In this document: positions 12,261 through 30,375 of the stretch, piece by piece
Layout of the letters: each line of letters starts with the position of its first letter
Position numbering within the stretch: position 1 is the stretch's first letter
Assembly (NCBI RefSeq): GCF_000143415.4
Contig: NW_003314376.1
Coordinates: 404,156-468,155, forward strand
Direction: 5' to 3'
DNA: 64,000 bases
Origin: Selaginella moellendorffii
Lineage: Eukaryota > Plantae > Lycopodiophyta
Translations under genes and position numbers: made by a program
The notes under the pieces: model-generated
Told to the model about the DNA's origin: nothing
What the model saw: only the letters and a program-made list of their open reading frames with translations
Databases searched by the model: none

Positions 12261-12659
12261 CCATCAAACACCTCCTTGGCCTGCTCGAGCATGCATTTCC
12301 ACTGCCAGGTTCTTGAGGAATCGGAGCTGGGCGGTTCTTCCCACGAATCTCATCGAGTTGCATCCTGACGATGTCGCCCCCAGCTCGCGCAAGCGTGCCC
12401 CGAAAAGTCCATCACCCTAAAATTCAAAATCAAATAAAAATTAATGTTGACCAAATTCAAAATTAACGTTGACCAAAAGTTAACTAACTCGGGTCGTTGA
12501 CTGATATAGCGATGCAAGCTAAGGAAGTCAAGAAGAAGATCCAGAAAAACACATGAAGAGGATCGATCCATCCTTAATCCTCTTCATGGGCTTTCTGTGC
12601 CATCCTCTTCTTTGCTTGCTTAAGTCATGCTCTCCCGGAAGAATGATCCCGAAAACTTT

Positions 12660-15395
12660 TCACGAAGATCGATCCGCTGCTGCTTGATCTCCTTGCTCGT
12701 CGATCGAGACGATCGATTGATTCAGCGACTGATAGCGCAAGAGCTCCCCCGTCAGGAACTCGGGCTCCAAGAACTTCGCAGCAAACGTCCACAGCCGATG
12801 GACGTCCTCGAAGTTGGAGACGAGGCCCAGCGTCGCAGTGAGCACTGGAAGATCCGCCAGCTTCTTCATGCTCCCGGAGTGTGCTCCACCGCCTGAGTGA
12901 TCCGAAAACACGCTCGAGCACTTCTCCGCCAGCAATCTCTTCTTCCTCGGTGCCGCCTTGGCCGACGAAGCTCCGCCATTGTTCTCCTTATCACTCCCAC
13001 TCGTCACACACACCTCCTCCAGGAAGAGATTTGAGAGCACGCCGCAGCCGAGAGAGATGGAGCTCCGATCCGCCAGCTTTTGGACCAATGTCGGCTGGAT
13101 CAGCGCACCCTTTTGATCGTAGAGATTGAACGCCACGGCCGGCCCCCGATCGATCTGTGCCTTGGGTCCAAAGATTTGCACCAGCGGTCTCCTCCGCCAC
13201 CTTTTCGTCGCAGTGGAAGGAGCACTCAAGGAAGAACTAGAGCTCCCGGGAATGTGGTGGAAGAGCGAGCTCATGGAAGCGATGAGCCAGTCCATGAGGC
13301 TCTTGATCCGGCAGTTCGTCTTGTTCAATCCCATGGTGTTTGCGTGATCCAATCCCTGGCAAACGATGAGAGGCTCGGGTCGGTGCTGCTGCTGCCGCTC
13401 CCTTTGATCGTCGTCAATGTCGTCCTCGTCCCAGGGCTCGTCGCTGCCGAGGTCATCGTCGTAGTAGTCGCCCTCTCCATCCCAAGAGCTGATCGAGTTC
13501 TTCCGCCACGATCGTCCGGAAGCGTTGAGGCTCCTGGACGAGGAGTTGTTGTCCACGTTAACGTTGGACGCTCTCGCGAGCTGATCTTCCATTCGCGGCA
13601 CAGGCTGATCCTCGTCTTCTTCTTCCTCGCGGATGGGAAGGAATCTGGGGAACAAGTCGGAGCGCCTGCTGTCGATGAGCCCATCGTCTCTTCCAATCTT
13701 CCGAAAGATCGAATCGCTCGAGTCGCCGTTTGGAAGCGCCCGGAGCTCGTCGCCTTGTTCTTGCTGGGAGGTGTAAGAACACGATGGCTCGGAGCTAGCG
13801 GAGCTGGAGCGGGCATAGTGATCGTTCGCGACTTCCTGGATCTCGGAAGAACACTGCTAGCAAAACAAAACAAAACAAACAAAAGAATGATCAATCACGC
13901 CATGCATGCGAAAATAGTCACGTACCTCTCGTGATGGTCCGAATCCAAATCCATTGTTGCTCTTGCCAAGATCGCTAGAGCCATTGTTCCCGTTGGAACT
14001 CTCCTCCTCCAGACGATGATCGNNNNNNNNNNNNNNNNNNNNNNNNNNNNNNNNNNNNNNNNNNNNNNNNNNNNNNNNNNNNNNNNNNNNNNNNNNNNNN
14101 NNNNNNNNNNNNNNNNNNNNNNNNNNNNNNNNAGAGAACGCGATAAGATCCGGCCTAGCCGCAGCCGCGGAAGAAGAAGGACGACCTCCGAGCACATTCT
14201 CATCCAGGTCCTCGGCTAGCTCCTCGTCATCGCCAAGATCCGGCACCACTCTCACCATCCCAATCCCGGGGCTGGAGCTGGACGATCGCAGGCTCGCCAT
14301 GGACGAGTCCTTGATCAGCAAGCACCCAAACCCGGTGGGATCCGACCCAAAGATCTTGTAAAACGAGCAGATGATGAAATCCGGGCGGAAAAGCGAGAGT
14401 CCCAACGATCCCATATCGCGAGGACCCATGGCGGAGACATCGAGCAGCACATCCCAGCGGTGCTTCTCCGCCATAGTCATCCATTGGTACGAGTACTTGG
14501 TCCCAGTGATTCGGCTCTGCGTGGGAAAGACAAAGAGCCCCCGCCGCCTACCGCCCGCGGTACCGCCCGCGGTACCGGTCTTCTTCTTGAGCAGCCGACT
14601 CCCCTTACCGCGCGTCTTGAGCTCCGCCGCCAGCTGCTCGCCGCACAGCCGCAGCGTCGGCCACCGGAACCGCGCGGCACACGTCCGGCCCCCTGAGCGT
14701 ACCGCCGCAGTAGTCAACGCCTTGACCGACTCGCTCTCGTGGTCGTAGACCGTGACGAGCTTGGATCTGGCACGGAAGTCGTAGCAATCCGCGACGAGGG
14801 CGAATGCCGCGCGCTTGCTGGCGGTGAATACCGCGCTGTACGAGCCGTCGCCCACGTTGAGGTAGTCGAGGACCCTGGATCGGAGCTCCGACTGCAGCGT
14901 GTTGGGCTCGGTGGTGGCGAAGGCGGCCTGCGCCGCGAGGCTGCCCGAGGAGCCCGCGGAGACGAGCGAGAAGCTGGATCTCTGGCGCCCGGCGGTGAAT
15001 CGCTGCGTGAAGGAGAAGAGGCCGAAGCCGCAGTAATCGAAGCACGCCCGGTTGGCGGCGCGGAGGTGGGGGTAGTCGGACTCGCGGGTCTCGTCCACGG
15101 CGCTGGTGGATTCGAAGCTCGGGTGCTCGGCCAGGAAGGACGCCAGCGCCGATTCCAAGCCCGGCAAATCCTCCGCGCGGGTGAACACCGACTTGGGTGT
15201 TCTTCGCGATGATGGTGGCGGCGGTCGTGCCGGTGGGACACTACTACTCTCTCCTTCCTCCTGTTCATCCTCCTCTTCTTCTTTGATCGTTCGCAAATCA
15301 TCGCTGCCATGATTCTTGGATGATGAGGCTCCTGGAGAGATCTCTAGATTGGACCCATCATCCGAGTGGTGGAGCTGCCAGAGGAGAGAGGGCAT
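12660..15395 (-). CDS. plant molybdenum-cofactor-sulfurase-like PLP-dependent transferase (no MOSC domain)
   Basis: CFDYCGFGLFS; GLFVFPTQSRITGTKYSYQWM; LGLSLFRPDFIICSFYKIFGSDPTGFGCL; C-terminal CQGLDHANTMGLNKT..RGPAVAFN..LVQKLADR..TATLGLVSNFEDV. A phase-0 intron (13925 to 13857 or 13854) joins the two ORFs in frame. The CDS spans a gap. Confidence 0.88.
14023..14132. other. assembly gap (110 N)
   Basis: Run of N inside the CDS. Confidence 0.99.
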
Positions 15396-16526
15396 GGTGA
15401 GCTCTCTTCTTCTTCCTTCTCTTCTTCCTGGGATCTGGATCGATGATAATCATGCGCAAGGAGCTAGACCCAAGACCAAGATCGATCGATCTGGATGTGG
15501 GCACTTACCAAAAGGCGTCCCGGAGCCATAGACCGAGCACCACGCTCGCAATGCCGTAGCCCACCAGTCGCTGTCCCAGCATCATTTCATCTACAGCCTC
15601 CATCTTCCTCCGGGAAGAAGAAATCCCAATGCGCAGTAGAAATCTCTCTTTTGCTCGCTTGTGTCGTGTGTGTCGCGTGATCCAGACAGTACCAAGAGGG
15701 AAGAAGAAGAAAAAAGGGTTGACTCTTTCCAGATGCTTGGCGACGTACGCGTCTACAGCGAATTGGGCGATGCGCTGTTCTAGTCAGTCATTTGGGAGGA
15801 GCTCTTCGATTCCCAGAAATCCCATCCATTTCTTGCGACTGCTGTGCATAGTTCCTTAGTGGATGATGATGCTGCTAGTGATGATCATATATCCCATAAA
15901 ATCAAATCACCGCTCTGCTCAATCTCACTCTTTTTTGGCGGCTATGCGAGCGAGCAAGAAGAAAGAAGGAGCTATCCCTTGTTGGGCTTTTAGCTTGGAT
16001 TCATCCTGGCTATGGTAGCTCTCCTCTAGCCTAGCATCAACCAAAGCCAAATTTTTTTGTCAAAACCTATCCTCTCCTCCAGGAGCAAGCAAGGAGCGAT
16101 GCAAGCGTTGGCTGGCTGAAAGTGGCTCCTCTGTTTCTCATCACTTTCACAGCCTCGCGAGACAATGTCGTTGTTTAATTGCTAACTATCCAAACAGTTC
16201 CAGGACTGTACAGCGATCGGACGCACGCCCAACACCCACCCGGAAGAAATCGGGAAAAAAGAAAACCATTCTTTGCGTGAGTGGTGATGATCTAGGCCTA
16301 GATGATCCAACACCCAGAGTTTTTCGTTAAAAATTCGAGCTTGGAGCCATCGCTCTCGCGGCAATTCAATGCAAAGGTGAAAGGGCAGGACCCTTTTCTT
16401 CCTTGCGTGTTGTTACTGCCCATTCTGCGGTGAATTTAATGCTCCTCGCGCTGAGCATTCAACACCGTAACAGTCCCTGGAATTAGGGTTCTTGAGAGAA
16501 ATTTAAATTTTACTACTAAGTAATGG

Positions 16527-18071
16527 ATGCCATTGCCGGGGCATTTGGATCGCGTCTACGAGCACCTGGCCTCGATCGTGAGGGCATGCGGCAGTTCCAG
16601 GGATCTCATCGCGGGGAAGCGCATCCACGCCCACATCGCCGATGCCAATCTCGGGAACTACCGCTTCCTCGCCAATCTCCTGGTGGAGATGTATGGCAAG
16701 TGTGGCAGCCTCCACGACGCGCGGCGCGTCTTCGATTCCATTCACTCGCCCAACATCTTCTCGTGGAATTTGCTCGTGGTGGCGTATACCCAGAATGGCC
16801 ATCTCCGCGAGGCTCGCCAGTGCTTTGAGAACATGCCCGGGAAGAACGTTGTGTGCTGGACTGGGCTGATCACAGCAAATGCCCAGTCGGGGTATGTTTT
16901 GTCTGCGAGGAGCGTCTTTGAAAAGATGCCGCAAAGAAATCGCGTCACCTGGACCGCCATGGTGTGGTGTCTAGTGAACGCTGGCGATGTGATCGAAGCA
17001 AAAATGTTGTTTGATTCGATGCCGGAGCGCGACCACTTTGCTTGGAACGCGATGATTCAAGCATTTGCCAAGATGGGCGATCTTGATCGAGTGAAAGACG
17101 TGTTTTGGAAGATCCCAGGTCTCAGCTCTGTGGTGTGGAACAACATGATATCGGCTTTCATCCAAAACAGGTGTTTGATCCAAGCAGAGCTGCTGTTTAT
17201 AGAGATTCCCGAGCGAGACGTCGTGACATGGACGTCGATGATTCATGCATTTGCCACGAATGGAGATCTGGATCAGGCAAAGTTGGTGTTTAATCGAGCG
17301 CCCCAGCGGAGCTTGATCTCCTGGAATGCAATGCTGGCAGCTCTTGCGAGCCATGATCATCAGAGCAACGCTACAAGTTCCAGCAGCCTCGAGGAAGTAG
17401 AATCTATGTTTGCGAGGATGCCAGAGAGGAACTCTCTGTCATGGGCGACGCTGCTATCAGCAGTAACTCGCGATTGGAATGCCGCCAAAGCCACGAAAAT
17501 CTTCGACAAGATGCCGCAGTGGAACTTGCCGGCATGGAACTGTCTCCTCCAGTGCCACGTCCAAAATGGTCAGCTCCGCCATGGAAGATCCATCTTCAAT
17601 CGCATGCCCGAGCACGATTTATCGTCTTGGAACACCATTATCATGGCCAACGCGACGCAAACAAGTGGCGACTCCATCGCCCTCTTCCAGATGATGCAGC
17701 TCGAGGGGATTTCTCCGGACGAGATCACATTCACTGGAATTCTCTCGTCGTGCACTTATGCGGGACGGGTCGAGAAAGCGCAGCATTTCTTCCAATCCAT
17801 GCCTGGAGACTTTGGCCTGGCACCGATTCTCCCACACCATGGCTCCTTGATCGATCTGCTTGGAGGGGCTGGTTTGCTGGAGCGAGCTCGAGAAGTGGCC
17901 GAAGCAGCAGCGATCTCGCTCGATGGACGCGCTTGGACGACTTTGCTGCGATCTTGCAGCACTCATGGCGATGCTCACTACGCCGAGATAGCGGCGGATC
18001 GAGCAGCGATGCTAGAGCCAGAGAGCTCGGCAACTTACTCGCTTCTCAGGAGCCTGGACATTTCCCAGTGA
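16527..18071 (+). CDS. PLS-class PPR protein with short S-type repeats and E domain
   Basis: Intronless 514-aa ORF: LVEMYGKCGSLHDARRVFD, repeated FxxMPxRxxxxW units, HHGSLIDLLG..AWTTLLRSCSTHG..LEPESSATYSLL. Confidence 0.92.
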   Translation: MPLPGHLDRVYEHLASIVRACGSSRDLIAGKRIHAHIADANLGNYRFLANLLVEMYGKCGSLHDARRVFDSIHSPNIFSWNLLVVAYTQNGHLREARQCFENMPGKNVVCWTGLITANAQSGYVLSARSVFEKMPQRNRVTWTAMVWCLVNAGDVIEAKMLFDSMPERDHFAWNAMIQAFAKMGDLDRVKDVFWKIPGLSSVVWNNMISAFIQNRCLIQAELLFIEIPERDVVTWTSMIHAFATNGDLDQAKLVFNRAPQRSLISWNAMLAALASHDHQSNATSSSSLEEVESMFARMPERNSLSWATLLSAVTRDWNAAKATKIFDKMPQWNLPAWNCLLQCHVQNGQLRHGRSIFNRMPEHDLSSWNTIIMANATQTSGDSIALFQMMQLEGISPDEITFTGILSSCTYAGRVEKAQHFFQSMPGDFGLAPILPHHGSLIDLLGGAGLLERAREVAEAAAISLDGRAWTTLLRSCSTHGDAHYAEIAADRAAMLEPESSATYSLLRSLDISQ

Positions 18072-18135
18072 CTTGAAAAGTTCGTTGTTGGATTGGAATT
18101 TTATTCTTGAATGGTGGCATGGTGGGAAGAAACTT

Positions 18136-19882
18136 TTACTCTCTTTGATCGTGATCGATTATGGCTTTTCCAACATATCTGTGTGGTTGATACTCTGTCA
18201 AAAATCTCGGTGGAGGGAAGTGAAAAAATGATAGCATACCTTCCAAGCATCATCAAGGTGGCTTGTGGATTGGTTCCAGGCGAGACATGGAAAACGCTAC
18301 CATCAAGAACGCGTAAGTTTCGTATGCCAATTACCTTGAAGCTGGAATCCACCACCTTGTTTACCAGGCAGCCACCATGGAAGTGATACAAAGTCACGAC
18401 CTTTCTCTTGCAATAATCCGCAAGAGTGTTGTTGATAGCCAACGCGCTTGAATTCCTCCTGCTGGGAAAACTCACCGTTCCTCCGGATGGGAGTGACTGA
18501 TTGTCATATCGGAAAGGTTTGTAAGCGTTTGAGAGCAATGCTTTCTCGATTGCGTCCACTCCTCCAATGCAAACTTGCAAATCCCTTGGCTCTTGGAAAT
18601 AGTTGAAACTTACAACCGGATCATCATCCACATTCGTTGTGGCCAAGTAGAGTTCTCCCGTGGAAGCTGGGCCATTGACCTTCTCAGAAACGAAGGTAGC
18701 ATTTGGCCCTCGCACTCCGCCGCTGCCAGCTTCGATATAGCTTCCAAAGGACGTGATCCCGACGCTCAAGCTCGTGGAGACCTCGACGTAAGATGGCGAT
18801 GGCACGACCAGGGAAATGGCTGGATTGTCTGCCATATGTTTTCCAACCTCTGGAAAATCCTTGATCACCTTGATGCCTTTGGATCGAAGATGGTTTCCAG
18901 GCCCGATTCCACTTAGCATTAGAAGCTGCGGACTTGCGATCGCACCAGCACAAAGAATGACTTCGCTAGATTCTTTTCCAGGATGAGAAAGGAAAGCCTT
19001 CCGGATCCGGCCAAGCTCGTCTTTAAACTCGACTCCATACGTTCTTGGCGACAAACCTGATCGTGCTCAAGGTTCTTGTCAACTATACAATGTGAACTTG
19101 ATCACAAACCTTGAGAGAAGAGAACTCGTAGTACTGTTGCATGAAGGAGGACCTTGATATTGCTTGGATTTGCATAGACAAAGAGGTTTGAAGCTGGCCT
19201 CCGGGAGCCGGATTGATCAAAAATACTTCCAAAAGTTTTAGTTCCAACCAAGTGATCATACGTTGCATTGTTGTCCGGTGTGATCCCAGCTTGGAGCAGC
19301 GATGCCCGGAACGCTCTCTGGTAAGGCCCGAGTTGATTTGGAATGGAAGCCACAACACTCTCGACCCAGCGATAGGACTGGTCCACCAGGCAAGGATTCA
19401 AACCCAGAGCGGAGATGAAAGATTGCTCGGCGTGAGAATAGATCCCGGCATTTACGCTAGATCCTCCTCCAAGAACTCGAGCTCTCCTGTTTCTTACCCC
19501 TTCGCTGGAGAAGAAGACTTGGAGTGGCGATTGTGGCCCAACGTCGGCGAGAATCGCTCCAAAGTTCTCGATCCTAGAGATGTTTGGATTGCCGTATGGT
19601 GATGCTCCTCTCTCGAGCACGAGAACTTTGTATTTAGTCGAGAGCGTTGCCGCGAGGGGCGAGCCAGTGGTTCCGCCGCCCACGATTATGTAGTCATAGC
19701 CAAGCAAATCGGAGCTCGAGACAGTGGTGGCTTCTTGTATGAAACTAAAAGGGGGATTGGAAGCTACTGTTGCACATGGAAACGAAAGATTTTAAGAAAC
19801 GCTGTACTAAAACGTTTTCTGGAATACCTGATGATGAAGAGCTCCAAAAGACAAGCGCCACAAAGGAAAGAACTATGATCAT
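18136..19882 (-). CDS. GMC oxidoreductase, HOTHEAD/mandelonitrile-lyase-like, secreted
   Basis: Signal peptide MIIVLSFVALVFWS; YDYIIVGGGTTG (FAD binding); RARVLGGGSSVNAG; ILCAGAIASPQLLMLSGIG; YHFHGGC; SPGTNPQATLMMLGRY. Three inferred short introns; last exon YVGKAIIDHDQRE*. Confidence 0.92.
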
Positions 19883-21670
19883 CTTCTGTTCACAGCTCAA
19901 AAGTCTCAGAAAATTTCTAGAACAGTGAGGTGAATGAATTGGAGAATTCAATCTCTTTCTGATCATATTCCTACGCTGGTCGAACATATGAATTTTTTTC
20001 TTTGACTTCCTCGTTTTCTTTGAAAAATTAGGATCATGAGCATAACTATGCATGACCACCTCACATTTTACACGTTCCCTTTTAAATTAATAGGCTATTT
20101 GAATGTTATTGAATTGATAAATCAGAATAATATTGCTGCATGTTTCGTTGCAGCTTTGCTTATCTATTTAAAAATTATTTATTGTAATATATTTTCTATA
20201 GTATATATTTTTATCAATTATTATCTGAAAATTTATATTTATTTTGGACATAACCAGAAACAACAAAAATAAGATATAAGTTTTACAAAATAAGTTTTCA
20301 GAATTAAGTTTAAAAGTAAATCGAGTATAAATATTCAATAATTAGTGCTTTATTAGAAATAAAGAACATTTGCTTCCCACCCATTGTTTATAAATCCATA
20401 TATTAAATCAATTTAAAGTTTTTAGTAGTTTTTTTACAAATAAAATAAAGACTTGATTTTGCCTTTTTTGGTAGTTTGAAATTAAAACAATCCTCTTCTA
20501 TCCTTGGAAATGCTTTTTGATCAAGATCCATAATTAAGGTTAATATTAAAAATAGAACTATTATTTATTTTATTCTATTCTTATTTTCAAAGTATATATA
20601 GAATTATTTATTTAACAATAATTGTTTTTGGGATTTCTTATTTTATCTATATAATTTTAATCATGTTACTATAGTATTGCTAAGAACTATTTATTTTGGA
20701 AACAATTTGTTACTATAGCTAAAATAAAATAGTTTAGCTGGTTATAGCATATAACTATGAATTTGAAAGTTTAAACTCTTTTTCAATGATTAATTTTTTT
20801 TATAAACTTGAAAGTTTAAACTCTTTTTTAGGAATTATCTATATTTTTTATGTTAATTTTATATGTCACTATAATAATCACTAAGCTCTATTTATCTATT
20901 TTAGCACTTCTGTAAAGTGTGTGGACCAAAATTAACTCACCTATGCCCAGTGGATATAATTGTCAGAAACATAAATCTTTTGGAGTAAAATAACTTTGAG
21001 AATTTATTATATCACTATTTATTTAATTAAAGTAAATTATTATTAATCATAAAGTCAAACGCTTAAACCCTTCCCACCTTTTGAACTTAACTATAATAAT
21101 TCATAACATGATATAAATTTTTCTTTGTTTTGTTAATTATTGGTTTCCTTAAACAAATCTGTAAGGGGTGGTAATGAAGATATCGAAGGATATTCTACTA
21201 TCTAACAATTGTTATTCATTTAGATTAATTTATAAACATATTTATAATTAATAAAATTTCCTAAACACTTCCTACTATAAAACAAACCAAGCATTGCTGC
21301 ATTATTTTGAAATTGTCACTATTAAAAACTATACCAAGTAATTATGGTTTTTTGTCTCTATTAAATATTTCAAATTATCACTTTTAAAATACTAAAGAAT
21401 TAAATTGTCGTTTCTTTTTATAATTATTTTGAAATTAATTGCAAGTTATGTATAGCTCTAAGGTTTAAATTCTTAAGAATGATCTAAAACCCTCTTTTAT
21501 AGTAATTTGTGATAGTTAAATACGTTCAACTCGTGGATATGATGGTGTTCCTGGAAAAGAAGTGTAATGCTACAAGAATACGATCGAGCTCATGCCCCAA
21601 AATGCTTTTGTAATCGTTTATTGACGTCAAGAAGAAAATCTAGATTTTGACACCACGGCCATTAGGGTTT

Positions 21671-24000
21671 ATGGTTTGTGGCAAGAAGGCGTGCGCGATC
21701 CCAGGTAGGATTTCTCTTTCTCTCGCTCTCTGCGATCGATCGCATTGTGGTTGGATCTTTCTCTCAGGTGCGCTAGATTTTGATCAGGTTCTGCTGTCTT
21801 CTCGCGATACTTGCATTTCGGGTCCTCGATCGGCGCCAAGAGCGCGCTGCGCAAGATCACCGCTGCCGAGGAGGGGGCGCAGTACAATCTGGAATGGCTC
21901 AACAAGGTACTCGAGGGATTGGACAGGAATGTGATTCGTGGGAGGGGCGAGAGGGATTACTTCCTCTACATTGTCCGCCTGTGTACCCGGCTCAAGGCGC
22001 TGGTGGCTGGGAGGAGAATCCACGAGCAGCTCGTCCAGATGGGGATTGCCGAGCAGCTCCCGCTCGCCAAATTCATCGTCCAGATGTATCTCAGCTGTGG
22101 GAGCCTCGATGAGGCGCGCAATCTCTTCGATTTGCTGCCTTCCAAGGATGTTGGTATGTGGACCGCGGTGATAGCGGCCTATGCCAAGTATGGGAGATGG
22201 CAGGAAGCGATCAAACTCTTCGAGACAATGGAAAGTAGGACGGGTCCGGCAAAGGCGACTTACTTCGCGGTGATGAAATCCTTCGCCAGTGCCGAGTCTC
22301 TGGCGGGTGCCAGGCTTGTTCACAGCAGGATAGTCGAGCTTGGGGCTGAGAACGATGATCTTGTCCGTGCGGCGCTGATAGAAATGTATGGGAGGTGTGG
22401 CAGCTTGGAAGAGGCTTGGAGCATCTTCAGTAGCAGTGTGGCTGGTGATGGAGGTCCTCACAGCGTTTTGGTGTGGAACGCTATCATCTCAGCTTCCTTC
22501 CAGAATGGTCAGCTCAAGGGGTCGCTGGAACTCTTTTGGAAGATGCGAAGGCAGGGAGTGAGGCCGGATAGCTTGACTTTGGCTACTGCTTTAGATACCT
22601 GTGCTGCGAGTGGGAATTTGCACGAAGGCAGGGTGGTGGCCGAGCTCGTCACCGTTTATGGCCTCCAGAGCAACGATCTCGTCAACTCTTCGCTGGTACA
22701 TATGTATGGCAAGTGTGGAAGCTTGGATGATGCTCGGAGAGTGTTCGACGGGATGGCTCACAGGGGTCCGGTGGTTTGGAGCAAGATGATAGCCGCGTAC
22801 AGCGAGCACGGCCATTGCAGCGAAGCCTTTGTCTTGCTGAAAGAGATGGAGTCCGCAAAGATGGTGGCTGATGCTAGTAGCTGCGTGGCATTTCTGCAAG
22901 CTTGCGGGAGTCTCCTGGCTCTGGAAGCGGGGCAAGAGGTTCATGGCTGGATAACAATGAAAGGCCTTGAGCAAGATGTTTTCGTGGGCAACGCACTCGT
23001 GGACATGTATGGAAAGTGTGGCAGTGTTGAGGAAGCCTGGGCGGTGTTTGACAATATGAAGGAGAAGAACTGGTTCTCGTGGAACTTCATGGTGGAAGCG
23101 TACTGCTCTTCAGGCTACAGCACCGAGGCTATACAGGTGTTCTTACAGATGCTACAGGAAGGTGTGAAGCCAAACGCCAAGACATTTACGAGTGTCTTGG
23201 TTGCATGCGGGCATGCTGGTTTCATACGAGAAGGGATTCTCCATCTTGTCTACATGAGCAGTGACTACGACGTGGTTCCGATAGCCGAGCACTATGCCTG
23301 CGCAGTCGGCCTCCTCGGACGATCTGGCTGGGTGAAAGAAGCCGAGGAGTATGTCAAGAAGCTGCCAGATGCCGAGGCTCCCGTCTGGGACGCTCTAGTT
23401 ACGGCGTGCAGGATACACGGAGATTTGGATCGAGGAAGATCTGCTGCTGAAAGCTTACTGGAGTGTAGTCCACACGCGGCTAGATCTTATGCTGTTGTCG
23501 CTGGCCTTTACAATGCTCTCGCAAGATCGGATGATGCTGCCAGAGTCCGAGAAACAATGACCAGCAAAGGCTTGACAGAAGAACGCGTGACAAGCTCAAT
23601 TTTGGTCGGGAATACCACTTGTCACGAGTTCATCACTGCTGACACAAGACACAAGAGGATACAGGGGATACATGCCGAGCTAGAGGACCTGGGGCAGAGA
23701 ATAGCAAAGGATGGCTATGCTCCCGATGCGAGCAAGCTGCTTATGCACGAGAGAGCTGAAGAACAGAGACAGGAATCGCTGTTTTATCATAGCGAGAGAC
23801 TTGCTGTTGGCTTGGGAGCCATCAAAATTCGGGGAGATTGTCCTCTCAGGATTATCAGGAACTTCAGGATGTGCGCTGACTGTCACACGGCCATCAAGTT
23901 TATGTCCAAGGCGATGGGCAGAACAATCATCTTGAGAGATGGAAGCAGCCAGCTTCATCGTTTCGTGGATGGTCACTGTGCGTGCCGAGATTATTGGTGA
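21671..24000 (+). CDS. PLS-DYW PPR protein (putative organellar C-to-U RNA editing factor)
   Basis: PLS repeats, E domain, GYAPD, HSERLA..CADCH (Zn deaminase signature), ends CACRDYW*. An upstream ATG at 21671 joins in frame through intron 21705-21787. Confidence 0.93.
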
Positions 24001-24195
24001 TTCTACTCAGGTATGGACTTTTACTTCTAAGCTTTAGTCGGGCTGGACTGACTTTGCAGGTCCGTTTGAGATTTTCCTTTTGACAACTCGTGTCCATTTT
24101 TTTGAGGCAAGACTTTTTTTATAAGTTCTGGTGACTTTGATGTGTTCGTGTTGTTCTTGGGTTTAGGGTTTAAAGGAGCACACGCACAATGCGAA

Positions 24196-29116
<4,921 letters not shown>

Positions 29117-29894
29117 CGAGAGAGTATCATCCCTGTAAGATACTATGGCGAAAATGGTGTTGCGTGAAAAAAAGTCCATACATATGGTAGTCTATGATAT
29201 TGGACATCCTCTATGTGAGATTTGGGATTTCTTGAAATTATATGACCAGCCTAGAATTTCTAAAATTCATTGACTTTAGGTCTCTATAATTAAGAGCCCC
29301 TCTTCTAATTCCAATTGAAAAATCTTCTTTGCATTTTCAAATTTCAACAAGGGCTGAGGAGTTTGAGAGAGCAATTTCAATTGTAAATAGCTATGTAATA
29401 ATTGTAAAAGTAATGCATAAAATTCTATGGCTTAAAATTTCATGTTATATACTGTAATTTATTGAGATTGAAAAACAGTTTGTACCACTAATATAATCTT
29501 TTACAATCTTTTCTTTTTTAGCAAATTGAAGGATTTTTTCCAAGATCTGCTAAATATAGAGATTTTTTCTATATCTACAAAACCAAAATTTAGTTTAATA
29601 AAGGATCAAGAATAGCACATATGAATTAAGAGTTAAACTTTAAACCCATTACACTATGAAACAAGAGTTTGGTGTGCACTCAATATCTTTTATAAGCACT
29701 AACTCTTACATGCAAAATAATGTTAGATTGAGTCTAACACAATCTTAGTATACTGGTGGCTTAAGGTACCCTACTGACTAAAGCAATATAAATTTGAGCT
29801 TAGACTCAATAAAACAAAAAGTGATTTAATCTAGTGGAAGCTAAACTAATGTTTTAAATGGTTAACCATGCTTCCAACCACTATTCTTATTAAC

Positions 29895-30375
29895 CCTCCA
29901 CAATAACTCTCCCTCTAGCTCCTTGCCCCCTTCTTTAAGGAATGCATGTTTTGGGCTTTCACCCCACTTTTAAAAGTATATCTAGACATTTATTATAAAT
30001 AGCATATAGATTTGGAATAAGAATAACACATGGGGTATGATAGTGAAAGTGTTTAGTGGACATAGTAAATTATCATGTAGCGATATTAAGAAAGTAAACT
30101 CAATACATAAGGGTTTTTGCCAAGCTAGTACAAGACAAAACAAAAGAAAACTAATAAGCTAGGCTAAGTATGTTTAGCTAAATAGACACTTAAGAATTCC
30201 TTCTCTATGTTTATTTAGCCAAGTACAAAGCTAAGTCCAATTTACTAATATGACAAAAAGGGCTGATAAAGAGAGCCAATATGCTGTTATAGCAATGAAA
30301 AAGGTGTGTTTATAAGGATTGACTAATAAATATCTTTCGACACCTGAAGTCACATTTATAATACTTTACCCCCCT
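29895..30375 (-). mobile_element. degenerate 3' LTR with polypurine tract, same family as the 39458-40625 LTR
   Basis: The minus strand reads aaggggggtaaag (PPT) then ..aatgtgacttcagg. Blocks such as tctagaca..ataaata and atgatagtga..gtgttt align with 40010-40620. Confidence 0.7.

Noticed and set aside
13080-13934. 284-aa plus-strand ORF and similar antisense ORFs over the PPR, GDSL and NDC80 genes
   Set aside because: Shadow ORFs typical of GC-rich coding sequence; the opposite strand holds the recognisable protein.
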